A DNA stretch of 64,000 nucleotides from an uncultured Chloroflexia bacterium (lineage in GTDB: Bacteria; Chloroflexota; UBA6077; JACCZL01). The translations under genes and the position numbers were made by a program. The notes beneath the pieces were generated by a model. That model did not search any database. It was not told where the DNA came from and saw nothing but the letters and a program-made list of their open reading frames with translations. Shown in pieces: positions 42,025 through 53,213 of this stretch (its first letter is position 1; each line of letters opens with the position of its first letter). Location of the stretch: positions 352,001-416,000 of the forward strand of contig CAVXYC010000020.1 of NCBI GenBank assembly GCA_963765765.1. The letters are read 5' to 3'.

Positions 42025-43256
42025 CAGGGTCTTTTCGTTGTTCGATTGTGACGATGGGGCCACGAGGAAGGAGTGTCGACCGGCGAGGCTGGGGATCTCC
42101 CCTCGAGCGAGGTGGGGAATTCTCCGGGAGGGGACGCATGGACGCGGTCATTCCATCGTTACTCGAAGCCTTGGCCCCGGTGCCGGATCCACGCCATCGC
42201 CGCGGCTGCCGGTACTCCGTGGCGGCGATCCTGATGTTCGCCGTGTGCGCCATGGTGTCGGGGGCCCGCAGCTTGTATGCGATCGCCCAGTGGGGGCGGG
42301 ATCAGGGCTCGGCCCAGATCCGCGGGGCGTTCGGCATCACCCGGGCCACTACCCCGAGCGTGGCGACGGTGTTTCGGGTCTTTCGCGATCTCGACCGCGA
42401 CGCCTTCGAACGGGTTCTGGCCGAGTGGCCCGCGTCCAGGGGGCCGTTTCCACGGGGGCGGTGGCGCTGGACGGCAAGCACCTCCGCGGAATCCACGGCG
42501 AACAGATTCCGGGCGTGCATCTGGTGGCCGCCTTCGCGCATCGGGATGGGCAGGTGCTGGGCCAAAAAGGGGGACGCTGAAGGAGCACGAGCTGCGCCTG
42601 GCGGAGGCGCTGCTGGCCGATCTCGACCTCCACGGCGTCACGGTCACCGGTGACGCCCAATTTTGCGAGCGTGCCCTAAGTCATCAGGTGGTCGCGGCGG
42701 GCGGCGCGTATTTCTGGGCGGTCAAAGACAACCAGCACCGGCTCCTGGAAGCGTTGGTGGCGCTGTTTACCCTGGAGCCCCCACCCGGTGACGTTCGCTC
42801 GGCGGCGCAGCGCGGCCGGGACGGCGATCGGCAGGAAGAGCGCACGCTGCGGACATCGACGCTCCTGAACGACTACCTCGATTGGCCGCATGTGGCCCAG
42901 GTCTGCACCATTCGACGGGTTGTCACGCGGCACGGGCGGACCACCCGGAAGCCGGGTATGCCCTCACGAGCCTCCACCCGGATCAGGCCGACGCCACCAG
43001 CCTGGCCGCCCTTTGGCGGGGCCATTGGAGTATCGAGAACTGCTTGCATTGGGTGCGCGACGTCACCTTCGATGAAGATCGCAGCCAGATTCGCACGGGC
43101 CATGCGCCCCAGGTTGTGGCCGCCCTGCGCAATACCGCCATCGGGATCCTGCGCCGCGCCGCCATACCAACATCGCGGCGGCACTGCGCACCTATGCCGC
43201 AAGGCCGCTCGCCATCTTGGCGCTCACCGGGGTCACGTGACAATGAAAAGACCCTG
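42025..43256 (+). mobile_element. ISAs1-family insertion sequence
   Basis: Terminal IRs CAGGGTCTTTTCGTTGT / ACAATGAAAAGACCCTG; 10-bp target duplication CTTTAGGTCC at 42015-42024 and 43257-43266. Confidence 0.95.
42138..43240 (+). CDS. ISAs1 transposase (frameshifts)
   Basis: VPDPR.RRG.RY, ALDGK.LRG, TGDA.FC, VKDNQ, RGHWSIENCLHWVRDVTF.ED. Confidence 0.92.
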
Positions 43257-43436
43257 CTTTAGGTCCGCCGTGTATTGCCACAGTCCAGCAGGATTGCTAC
43301 AAATTACACGATCCTGCAGGGCTACCACTGAATCTGTTCCTGGCCTTTATCCGATTGGCTACCCTACTGATGGAAGCAAGGCAATGAGCAGCGCGATCGG
43401 AACGGTCCACACCGGCCGCGCCAAGGCCGTCGTCAC

Positions 43437-44306
43437 CTAGACCTCGAAGCAGTCCGGCCCGGCCGTCACCTGACCATCGAACCGCTGGCCATGCCAGTCG
43501 GCGAAACAGTTGGACACGACCCGCCGGGGCTGGGGCGCGTTGACGCCCCACTCGTACTCGTCCACGTAATCGTCGTCGGTGTCGTGGTCGCTGTCGACCT
43601 TCACGGTGGTGCAGAATTGGCCGGATATCGTGACGAGATAGCGGCTCTCGATGCGGGCAGAGTCGAAATCGTGGCCCCAGGTCTCGATCTCCGCACCCAT
43701 CGACCAGTAGAGCGCATAGCGCTTCTTCCACGCCTTGAACCGCAAGTGATCACCACTGTGGAAGAAGTCCCGCTGAGACGGGTTGGTCGACGCCAGCGCC
43801 ATGACTTCGCCGGTGCATTCGACCAGCGCAAAGTCGCCCTGCCCGAGCGCGGCCTGCGCGGCCTGCAGGTCGCGAATCGCGCCGGAGAGCACTCCGAGAT
43901 CCATCCGGCCGATCCCGCCGGGCCGCCGGGCGGCGGACTCCAGCTCTGCCGCCGCCAAGTCAACTCGCCGGCCGCCGAGGACCAGCCCCCCGGCGGGGTC
44001 GGTGATCAGGTCGAGGACCGGGTCGCCGAAAGTGAACGCGGGGTCCCCGTCGGAGCTGCGGCGATCGTACTTGCCGAAGCGCACCGCGGTGCCTTGCAGT
44101 CCGCCGCCCGCCACCTCCAGTGACAGGAGCCGCGCGAGGTACTCGACGAGCTCCTCCGGGTCGCGGAACTCCCAGCGGGCCGGGGTTAAGAAGCCGCCCC
44201 GTTCGGGGAAGCGGAACTCAAGCCGCGCCTGATCGCGCTTGACGAGTTCGCAGTTGGACGGTGCAGTGAGGTCAATCGGCCTAGCCCTTCCGGCGCGGTT
44301 TGGCAT
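43437..44306 (-). CDS. hypothetical protein
   Basis: 289-aa ORF with strong GC3 bias and AAAGGAG RBS; no family recognised. Confidence 0.7.
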   Translation of the reverse strand: MPNRAGRARPIDLTAPSNCELVKRDQARLEFRFPERGGFLTPARWEFRDPEELVEYLARLLSLEVAGGGLQGTAVRFGKYDRRSSDGDPAFTFGDPVLDLITDPAGGLVLGGRRVDLAAAELESAARRPGGIGRMDLGVLSGAIRDLQAAQAALGQGDFALVECTGEVMALASTNPSQRDFFHSGDHLRFKAWKKRYALYWSMGAEIETWGHDFDSARIESRYLVTISGQFCTTVKVDSDHDTDDDYVDEYEWGVNAPQPRRVVSNCFADWHGQRFDGQVTAGPDCFEV

Positions 44307-45793
44307 GGTGAAACTCCTTTTTCTCCGGCCAACGCTCTCAGTCGGTGCATCGAAGGTCGTCAATCGCGTCGTGAAGCCGCGGAGGAAAGCGCGGCGCAGT
44401 TTACGCTAGCTCTCGCGCCGTGATGGTCAATCCCCCAATCTGACTACGACGCTGTCGAGATTCTGAAACGCCTGAGCCTACGACGATGGCGAATGTCTGC
44501 GTCCGAGCAGGGGAAACTGGTCCGACTTGCCCATCGAGAAGGCCGCCTAAGGGGCCCGTGTGGGCGGTGAATGGTTCGCTGGTCAGGGGCCGGAGCTAAT
44601 TCAGCCGATCAGCTCGGCGTGATCGCAGAATCTCCGCTGGTCCTGGTCGTCGATGCTTATACTCTTCGTCGAAATGACAAACGCCCAAACTACGCAAGCG
44701 CTTGCCTGCTTTCACTGTGACGCCGCCATCAGCACCCGGGGCAGGACGGCTGTCATGCTCGAGGCGATCGCCAGCGGAGTGGCGCTCAAGCAGCGCCAGG
44801 ACCGGGGCGCCTGGGCCGACCCGTGGGTCTGTTCGATGCACCGAACCAAACGCACGTGACGGTGAAACACACACTCCCCAATCCGTAATGATCTCGATGG
44901 ATTAACCCCATACCGTTGTCGTTGGTATAGGGGCTTCCCCGGAGCCTCGGCGTGCGGGTGTGCGGACGGTGTGGAACTGACCGTCCCCGCTCTAGCTTCG
45001 CCGTTCGGCGCCCGCCTACAGCATGCATGGACGCATGCACGCCGAATGCGCGAAAGACCGCACGCCCCGACGAGCATGAATGCATACAGACGCGCCTGTC
45101 ATCACTTCAACACGATCCAATCAGGAGAGAAAAGGATGAAATCACGCGATCACGATGCGCTGGAGACCAAGCTCCGTGAGTTGGTGAGTAACGCGAACCA
45201 GGACAGGGACGAACTGCTGCTGACGCTTCCGGGTGGCGCTTCACACCGTTGAGCGGAGCCCGTCGGAAGAGGCGGTCAGGGCGCTGCGATTGGCCGCGGC
45301 TCCCATCTTGGACAAACTCCGAGCGGAGTATCGGGCTGCCGACACACGGACGGCGATGGCCTCGCGATGTTCCGCTGGCTGCGTGCCAAGCTGGCGAACC
45401 GCGACTCGGCGGCAGCACGCGACTCGGGTAATGTGACGGGAAGGCATGAACCATAATGCACAGCTCGCTGAATTCGGCGATGTTCAGCTCGGCCGAGTTG
45501 GGTGCTCCGGCAGCGAACCTCAGGACATCTCCCGGGCTCTGCGCCGGCATATCGCTCTTTCTCTGCCGATCACCTGACGGATGAAGAGCTCGGCGTCCGG
45601 TACGATCTAAGAGGTGTCGTCTGACCGAGCTGGTTGGCTCGACTCTGCTCGATCGAGCTGGTCTCGCAACCTGAGGTCGTGTTTGAGGCTCACGAGTTCG
45701 ACGCGATCTCCATAGTGGGAGGGCCGTACTTCCTCATGGAGCCATCGAGGTGCATCTTACCCCTGTCCTACCGAACGGTAGCGTCGACGACCC

Positions 45794-47296
45794 GTGATGA
45801 ACTCCGCCCGTATTGCCATCGGTCCGTTGTTAATTGCCGTAGGCGTACTGATAGTTCATCTCGCTACCAGCCATCAGTACGGGTTTCATCGCGATGAACT
45901 GGGATTTCTGGAAGATTCCCGATTTCTCGATTGGGGCTACGTCTCGTATCCGCCGGTGACACCACTCCTGGCTCGCGTAGCCAGCGAGCTGTTTGGCGCC
46001 TCCCCCGCGGGCATGCGGATGCTTCCTGCGATTGCACAATCAGTGGCGGTTCTGCTGTCCGGATTGATCGCGCGAGAGCTTGGGGGCGACCGATGGGCTC
46101 AAACGGTCGCGGCCGCCGCGGTGGCCATTGCTCCTTTCGCTGTTCTCACGGGCGGCCTATTCCTGTACGTCTCGTTTGAGTACGTCATCTGGGTGGCGAT
46201 CGGCTACTGCGTCGTCAGACTTCTGAAGTCGAGCGATCCGCGGTGGTGGGTGCCGATTGGTGCTCTCGTGGGACTCGGACTGATGACCAAGTACACCGTC
46301 GCCGTGTGCGCGATCGGGCTAGGAGTCGGTCTCCTATTGACCCAGGCGCGAGGCATCATTCGATCACCGTGGTTGATCGCTGGAATCTTGATCGCTGTGG
46401 TGACGATCACCCCCAACCTGATCTGGCAGGTGCAGCACACCTTCGTCTCGCTTGAGTTCTTACAAAGCATTCGCGAGCGCGACGTGCGGATTGGTCGAAC
46501 GCAGGGATTCCTGCCCGAGCAGCTCTACGTTGGCGCGAGCGTGGTGACGCTCCCTCTCTGGCTCGGAGGACTCTGGTTCTACTTGCGGTCTGCCTCCGGG
46601 GCTCCATTCCGCACATTGGGGTGGATGTATCTCGTCTCGTTTACCGTGTTCCTGGTCTCTCAGGGGCGCTCCTACTATCTTGCACCCGCGTATCCCACGT
46701 TGCTTGCGGCTGGAGCTGTAGCTCTGGAAGGACTGATCGCTCATCGATCGCGTCAGTTCCGACGAATCACCACTACTGGGGTCGGTTTCACCCTGGTAAT
46801 CGGGGGGCTGGTCAGTGCCGGGCTGATGCTGCCGATTGCGCCCATCAACTCTCCGCTTTGGGAGATTTCGTCAAAGGTTCACGATAACTTCACCGAGCAA
46901 ATTGGCTGGGATGAGCTGGTGGAGACGGTGGCGGCCGTCTATCACGCGATTCCTGAAAATGACCGCGCGGGAACCGCGGTTCTCGCGGCGAACTACGGCG
47001 AGGTGGGTGCTCTCAATCTGTACGGTGCCACGCATGGATTGCCGAGCCCGTTGAGTGGCGTCAATACATCCTAGTATCGAGGTCGCAGTAGTCCAGAGCC
47101 GACGCAGTTCATCGTCCTCGGCTATCGCCGGGACGCGGCGATGACGTTCTTCGAACACTGCGAGCCTGCGGCGATGCTCTCCTTTCGCTCGGGACTGAAG
47201 AACGAAGAGAGCCGTGACCATCCGGACATTTTCCGATGTGACGGGTTGCTTCGGCCCTGGCCGGAGACATGGATGGCACTCCGACACTTCGGCTGA
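45794..47296 (+). CDS. GT39/ArnT-like glycosyltransferase with an in-frame TAG at 47072
   Basis: YGFHRDEL, L.WGYV.YPP, TKYT, PNL.WQ, GRSYY, NYGE.GA; the frame continues after TAG to TGA at 47294-47296. Confidence 0.85.
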
Positions 47297-47350
47297 TCAC
47301 CAGTCTGCGGATCGCCGAAATCCGTTCGAGTGGATTGGGTGCCCGACTCT

Positions 47351-47469
47351 GACCCCGTGATACCCTGACGTTCAGCATGTATGGACGCTACTCACTGGGT
47401 GATCCCTGCGACCCCCGTGATACGCTGATGTGCAGGATGTGCGGTCGCTCTATCCTCGGCGATCCCAGC
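47351..47469 (+). repeat. imperfect tandem duplication of about 60 bp
   Basis: gaccccgtgataccctgacgttcagcatgt..gatccc and gacccccgtgatacgctgatgtgcaggatgt..gatccc. Confidence 0.65.
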
Positions 47470-47520
47470 AGACTGAAAGGATCAAAACGCCTTCAACGCG
47501 GCGATTGAGAGGGATCGAAA

Positions 47521-48024
47521 ATGTCCACGTCTGCTCTCGCGCAAGTCATCGAGGAGTATCACCGAGCGCTGGATGCCTTTGTAAAGGGAGACCCGGAGCC
47601 CGACAAGCGGCTGTATTCGCGGCGTGACGACGTCAGTCTCGCCAACCCTCTGGGCCCGCCTGTCCGTGGGTGGAGCCAGGTGGAAGCAACCATAGACCGC
47701 GCGGCTGCCCCGCTCCGTGAAGGCGAGGTCCGCGGCTTCGAACGGATCTCAGAGTACGTCACGGAAGACGTGGCCTATATCGTCGAGATCGAGCGATACC
47801 GTATGAAGATCGGCGGCGCCGACGCTGTCACCTCCGTGTCTCTTCGCGTGACGACGATATTCCGACAGGAGGATGGTGAGTGGCGTATCGTACATCGTCA
47901 CGCCGACCCCATCACCGGTCCGAGACCAGCGGAGTCTGTCTCAGAGCTGGTGCAGTCCCAACGACCCCAACCAGTCTCGCAGCCCGCCGAGAACGACCCG
48001 ACAACTGGACCAGTGTCGCCTTAG
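47521..48024 (+). CDS. SnoaL/NTF2-like protein
   Basis: FVKGDP, DDVSLANPLGP..RGW, LRVTTIFRQEDGEWRIVHRHAD. Confidence 0.88.
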   Translation: MSTSALAQVIEEYHRALDAFVKGDPEPDKRLYSRRDDVSLANPLGPPVRGWSQVEATIDRAAAPLREGEVRGFERISEYVTEDVAYIVEIERYRMKIGGADAVTSVSLRVTTIFRQEDGEWRIVHRHADPITGPRPAESVSELVQSQRPQPVSQPAENDPTTGPVSP

Positions 48025-48284
48025 CAACGGAACGAAGCCGTTATTGCTGAGTCGGCTCGGCTGCACTCGGGAATGAACTACGGCGCACCGCCTGACCGCC
48101 CCAGCGTGGGACTGGCTTTGTGAACTTAAATCGACCCAGGATGAGCCCCTGGCCGCTGTCTGAAAGCTCCGACAGCGGTTGGATCCATGGCGGTCGAAAT
48201 AGACGGAGCTGTGCCCGGATTTCGTTTCGCGCCAAAACGACCAAGGTGTGGCTCCACCATACGATCTAGATAAGCCGAGCTGGC

Positions 48285-48578
48285 TCAGGCCTTGCGAACG
48301 AGGCCATCTTCCACGGTGCGCACCTCAATCTTGGCGATATGCGGGCTAGTCTGGCCCGAATAGGCGGCCCGCTCGGGCGACGCTTCGTAGACGTTGAGGG
48401 TCTCTTCCGTCTCGAACTGGCGCACCCATATGAACTCGTTCTGCGGCCGGTTGACCCAGGCCGACAGGACGGAGACCCTGTAACTCGCGCTGGTCGGTAC
48501 GATCTTCTCGTTGAAAATATCGATCCAGGAATCCATCATCCCGCGGTTGATCGTGTAAATGCGAACTTGTGTAATCAT
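48285..48578 (-). CDS. NIPSNAP family protein
   Basis: QVRIYTINRG.MDSW, NEFIWVR.F. Confidence 0.8.
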   Translation of the reverse strand: MITQVRIYTINRGMMDSWIDIFNEKIVPTSASYRVSVLSAWVNRPQNEFIWVRQFETEETLNVYEASPERAAYSGQTSPHIAKIEVRTVEDGLVRKA

Positions 48579-48608
48579 GGCGCCAAGACTACTCCCAGGC
48601 AATGAGAA

Positions 48609-48677
48609 GCGTCAATGTGTGACCGCTTTCAAGATGTGGCGGAGGAGGGATTTGAACCCCCGACCAAGGGTTATGAG
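48609..48677 (-). repeat. 3' half of a CAT-anticodon tRNA with flank (att-like); diverged direct copy at 49547-49611
   Basis: Reverse complement of 48637-48677 is CTCATAACCCTTGGTCGGGGGTTCAAATCCCTCCTCCGCCA. Confidence 0.75.
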
Positions 48678-49068
48678 TCCGATGGATGTCCGTCCGTAGC
48701 TGTCCGTACTGGGCCTGGAATTCAGGCGGCGAAGATCACTGTGTGTTGCTACAGTGCGGCGGGGTTACGACATGGGTCGCTACAAAACTGCGTTCTCGCG
48801 GGCGGGGGCGGCGCAGATACCCCTCCGCATTCTGAAGCTGGATCATCGTAGGGCTAGCCGAGCCGTGTGTTGCCTTGCTCGTCATTCCGTCGTGGGTGGC
48901 ATTTCACCACCCGGCCCGAGACCTAAGGGACACATCCTCGATCATTCGCACGCTAGTTACCCAGCCTGAAAGAGGAGTCAGCTTTCAGACGGCGCAGGCG
49001 ACGTGCAAGTTTTGTTGACGCAGGGCCGCGCTAACACGATCATCAACGTGGGCTGACCAACTGGGCCG

Positions 49069-49305
49069 TTACTTCCACAGGTGGTGGAGGACCAGCCCGA
49101 TTTCAACTACCTCACCGACCGCGGTTGCCCACCAATCACGCCGAGACAGTTGCTGTTCCCATCCCAGCCTTGGTCCTACGAGCCCGTGCACCAGCAGCCA
49201 CGGCGCGTAGAGCGCGTAGTATCCAACTAACAGCAGCCCGACTATGAAGTCGGTCCTATGCTCGTTGGCGCTGCAAAGCCCGGGCATCGGCGAGGGTTCA
49301 TTCAT
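49069..49305 (-). CDS. small hypothetical membrane protein
   Basis: Hydrophobic 78-aa ORF overlapping the stop of ORF 49302..49487. Confidence 0.35.
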   Translation of the reverse strand: MNEPSPMPGLCSANEHRTDFIVGLLLVGYYALYAPWLLVHGLVGPRLGWEQQLSRRDWWATAVGEVVEIGLVLHHLWK

Positions 49306-49546
49306 TCACGCGTGAACTCTGCAGGATCCCTTAGGGCGCCATCAACGATGGCAACGGTGGCGAGTGTGGAAAAGGCGACCCATCCGACTATTAGGATCGG
49401 GACGACGACGGCGCTTGCGCCGTTCCAGCGCATCCACAGGACGAGCGAGCGAATCCGGTCAGGTCGTGCTTCGAACGATCCAGGCATCTCAACTCACCCC
49501 ATAGCCAGCACCGCGAGTATTACCATTGAATCTAGGACTGTCAAAT

Positions 49547-49611
49547 GCGTCAATGTGGACCCGCTTTCAAGAGATGGCGTAGGGGGCATTGAACTCCCGA
49601 CCAAGGGCTTA
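49547..49611 (-). repeat. degenerate second copy of the CAT-tRNA 3'-half att repeat
   Basis: gcgtcaatgtggacccgctttcaagagatggcgtagggggcattgaactcccgaccaagggctta aligns with 48609-48673. Confidence 0.7.
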
Positions 49612-49939
49612 AAATAGACCACGCTTCCCGACCAAGGGATTCGGTGCCTTCGGCCAGTTTCTTCGTCCGGATCGCCCGGCTCTGTCCCGCAGTCCCTTGG
49701 TCTGGACCTCGAACGTCGGCGAGGACGGACTCTAGCGTCGCGAAGTCCTGCTTGACAATCGCTTCCATCTGCTTCTGATACCGGGCGATGATTGCGTCTT
49801 CGTTGCCTGGCATCTCGGGCTCCTCTCACCACACGCTCGGAGCGTGGCGCCTGGTACGTCGCACTCGCGGTGCAGGAGGCACTGTAGCCGCCATAATCGG
49901 GAGCGCATCTTCAGGATGCTCTACGCGCGCGAGGGGACC

Positions 49940-51115
49940 ATGTCAGGAACGATCAACCGCGACGTCGCCTACGGCCAGACCACCATCCCCGTCGGGATTC
50001 GCTCCCGCTTCGTGGACAACAACAACGGCATCACCATGCACATCCTGGAGGCCGGCTTCGAGGAGGCCGGGCGGCCACTCGTGCTCCTGATGCACGGCTA
50101 TCCGGAGCTGGCGTATAGCTGGCGCAAGGTGATGCTGCCGCTGGCCGAGGCCGGCTACCACGTGGTGGCACCGGATCATCGCGGCTACGGACGCTCGGGC
50201 GGCACCGACGTCACCTTTGACGATAGCCTCTGGCCGTGGCGGCCCATGGAGCGCGTGCGCGATACCCTCGGGCTGGTCTACGCGCTCGGCTATCGCAGCG
50301 TGGCGATGATCGTGGGGCATGACTTCGGCGCGGGAGTCACGGGCTGGTCCACGCTGATCCGGCCGGACGTGTTTCGCTCGATGGTGCTGATGACGGCGCC
50401 GTTCGAGGGCGCGCCAGCGTTCCCGTTCAATACCGCGAACGAGCCGCCGAAGCCCTCAGCCCCGGCGGGCCCGAGCGTCCACGACGACCTGGCGGCGCTA
50501 CCCCATCCGCGCAAGCACTACCACTGGTACAACGCGCGGCGCGAGGCGAACGACGAGTGGATGGGTGCGAAGCAGGGCATCCACGATTTCCTGCGCGCCT
50601 ACTACCACGTGAAGAGCGCCGACTGGAAGGGAAACGCGCCGCACCCGCTGACGGCGTTCAGCGCAACCGAGCTCGCCAAGATGCCGCGCTACTACGTCAT
50701 GGACCTTGACAAGACGATGCCGGAGAACGTGGCGCTGGACATGCCCACGCCCGAGGAGATCGCGGCGAATCGATGGCTCACGGAGGAGGAGCTGCGCGTG
50801 TGCTCTGATGAGTACACGCGCACGGGCTTCCAGGGCGGACTCAATTCGTACCGCGTCCAAACGGACCCTACCTATTCGGCTGAGCTGCGGGTGTACTCCG
50901 ACCGCACCATCGACGTGCCCTCGTTGTTCATCAGCGGTACGAGCGACTGGGGTGTGTACCAGCGGGCCGGACGTCTGGAGGCGATGCGCGACACGATCTG
51001 CACCGATCTGCGGGGCATCCACCTGCTGGAAGGGGCCGGGCACTGGGTCCAGCAGGAACAGCCCGAGGCCGTCAACCGACTGCTACTGGAGTTCCTCCAG
51101 GGTCAGGCGGGCTGA
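49940..51115 (+). CDS. epoxide-hydrolase-like alpha/beta hydrolase
   Basis: HGYPELAYSWRK, APDHRGYG, GHDFGA, GAGHWVQQEQP. Confidence 0.92.
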   Translation: MSGTINRDVAYGQTTIPVGIRSRFVDNNNGITMHILEAGFEEAGRPLVLLMHGYPELAYSWRKVMLPLAEAGYHVVAPDHRGYGRSGGTDVTFDDSLWPWRPMERVRDTLGLVYALGYRSVAMIVGHDFGAGVTGWSTLIRPDVFRSMVLMTAPFEGAPAFPFNTANEPPKPSAPAGPSVHDDLAALPHPRKHYHWYNARREANDEWMGAKQGIHDFLRAYYHVKSADWKGNAPHPLTAFSATELAKMPRYYVMDLDKTMPENVALDMPTPEEIAANRWLTEEELRVCSDEYTRTGFQGGLNSYRVQTDPTYSAELRVYSDRTIDVPSLFISGTSDWGVYQRAGRLEAMRDTICTDLRGIHLLEGAGHWVQQEQPEAVNRLLLEFLQGQAG

Positions 51116-51246
51116 GAGCAGGCGCTGCCGGAGAAGGGGCCGGAGCGCGGCTATCCCCCGGGGAGCGCGTCGATCCTTGCCGCTTCGTTCCGGTATCCGC
51201 ACCACCTACGAGAATTGACCCATCGAGTACCGAAGGAGCACTAGCC

Positions 51247-51894
51247 ATGTCACTTGTCCGCGTCCACAACTTCTCCATATCGCTCGACGGCTTCGGCACT
51301 GGCGAAGGTCAGAGCCACGACGCACCTTTCGGTCACGCCGGCGAACGGCTGCACGAGTGGATGTTCGCCACACGGTTCTGGAGCGAAATGGTTGGTCAGC
51401 CCGGCGGGAGCAGCGGCATCGACCACGCCTTCGCCCAGCAGCACGGTCCGGGGATCGGCGTCGAGATCATGGGCGCAGGAAAATACGGCTACCCCGGTTG
51501 GCACGAGGATCCGGAGTGGAAGGGCTGGTGGGGTCCCAACCCGCCGTTTCACACACCGGTCTTCGTCCTCACCCATCAACCGCGCCCTTCGATTGAGATG
51601 GAGGGCGGTACGACGTTCCACTTCATCGACGCTTCTCCTGCCGAGACGCTCAAGATGGCCCGCGAGGCGGCGGGCGGCCAGGACGTACGCCTCGGTGGGG
51701 GTCCGACCGTGATCCGCGACTTCCTTGCTGCTGGGCTTATCGACCACATGCATATCGTGGTGGTCCCGATCCTGCTCGGCCGAGGCGTACGCCTCTGGGA
51801 CAGACTGGAGGGCGTCGAGAAGGACTATCAGGTCGAGGCCATCTCCTCGCCCAGCGGAGTCACGCATGTGACGTTCACCCGTGCGGGCGTCTGA
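51247..51894 (+). CDS. DHFR-family (RibD C-terminal) protein
   Basis: FSISLDGFG, WKGWWGPNPPFHTPVFVLTH, GGGP, VPILLGRG. Confidence 0.9.
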   Translation: MSLVRVHNFSISLDGFGTGEGQSHDAPFGHAGERLHEWMFATRFWSEMVGQPGGSSGIDHAFAQQHGPGIGVEIMGAGKYGYPGWHEDPEWKGWWGPNPPFHTPVFVLTHQPRPSIEMEGGTTFHFIDASPAETLKMAREAAGGQDVRLGGGPTVIRDFLAAGLIDHMHIVVVPILLGRGVRLWDRLEGVEKDYQVEAISSPSGVTHVTFTRAGV

Positions 51895-51969
51895 CCCGAC
51901 TCGGTCGAGAACTGAGGGCGCGGGTAGGGCTCGAGCCGTGTTTCATATGCTCAATGAGGAGGTATCTAC

Positions 51970-52443
51970 ATGGCCGACGATAGTGTCAGCGCGACCATGG
52001 TCATCAACTCGCCGGCGGAGGCAATCTTCGCGGTTTTAACCGATCCAGCAAAGCACGCCGCGATCGATGGCACCGGCTGGGTCTGCGAAACCGTCGACAG
52101 CAAGCCGTTGACTGCCGCCGGGCAGATTTTCCGGATGTCCATGTACCACCCGAACCACCCGGACGGGAACTACCAGACGGCCAACCAGGTCCAAGTGTTC
52201 GACCCGCCGAGCGCCATTTCCTGGAAGACAGGCTACGACCCCGGCGACGGTACCCTGCGCTTCGGCGGCTGGTTCTGGCGCTATGACCTCACGCCAGCGG
52301 GACCCTCGAGCACCTCAGTCACGCTCTCTTATGATTGGTCAGCATGCTCGGACTCCGTCAGAGAGCTCATCGGATTCCCGCCGTTCCCTCCGGACCATCT
52401 GGGCAACTCGCTCGCCCACCTCGCCGAGCTGGTTACCTCATGA
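51970..52443 (+). CDS. SRPBCC/polyketide cyclase family protein
   Basis: IFAVLTDP..H..IDGTG, W.WRYDL, VTLSYDWS. Confidence 0.85.
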   Translation: MADDSVSATMVINSPAEAIFAVLTDPAKHAAIDGTGWVCETVDSKPLTAAGQIFRMSMYHPNHPDGNYQTANQVQVFDPPSAISWKTGYDPGDGTLRFGGWFWRYDLTPAGPSSTSVTLSYDWSACSDSVRELIGFPPFPPDHLGNSLAHLAELVTS

Positions 52444-52581
52444 GCAGCCCGCACTCCCAGAGCCCATAGCCTGACTCCTGGTCCAGCGCCCAGATGAGTC
52501 GCGACCGGTAGAAGTCCGTCTCGGCAGGGAACGGATGTACGCTTGCAGTGGCGGCCGGACGCGGGCTAGCAAGCCCGATGG

Positions 52582-53130
<549 letters not shown>

Positions 53131-53213
53131 TCCGTAAGGGTACGGCGGATGGGCTAGCGTAGCAAACTATGCCGTTCACGCCAGCCGCGGTCCATTTTTT
53201 CGATGCTCGTTGC

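Noticed and set aside
44400-45790. Small ORFs (CxxC-containing 44653..44859; frameshifted 45136..45436)
   Set aside because: Possibly real or remnants, but no family assignment can be supported.
47351-47469. CRISPR array
   Set aside because: Only two diverged units, no unique spacers and no cas genes in the window.
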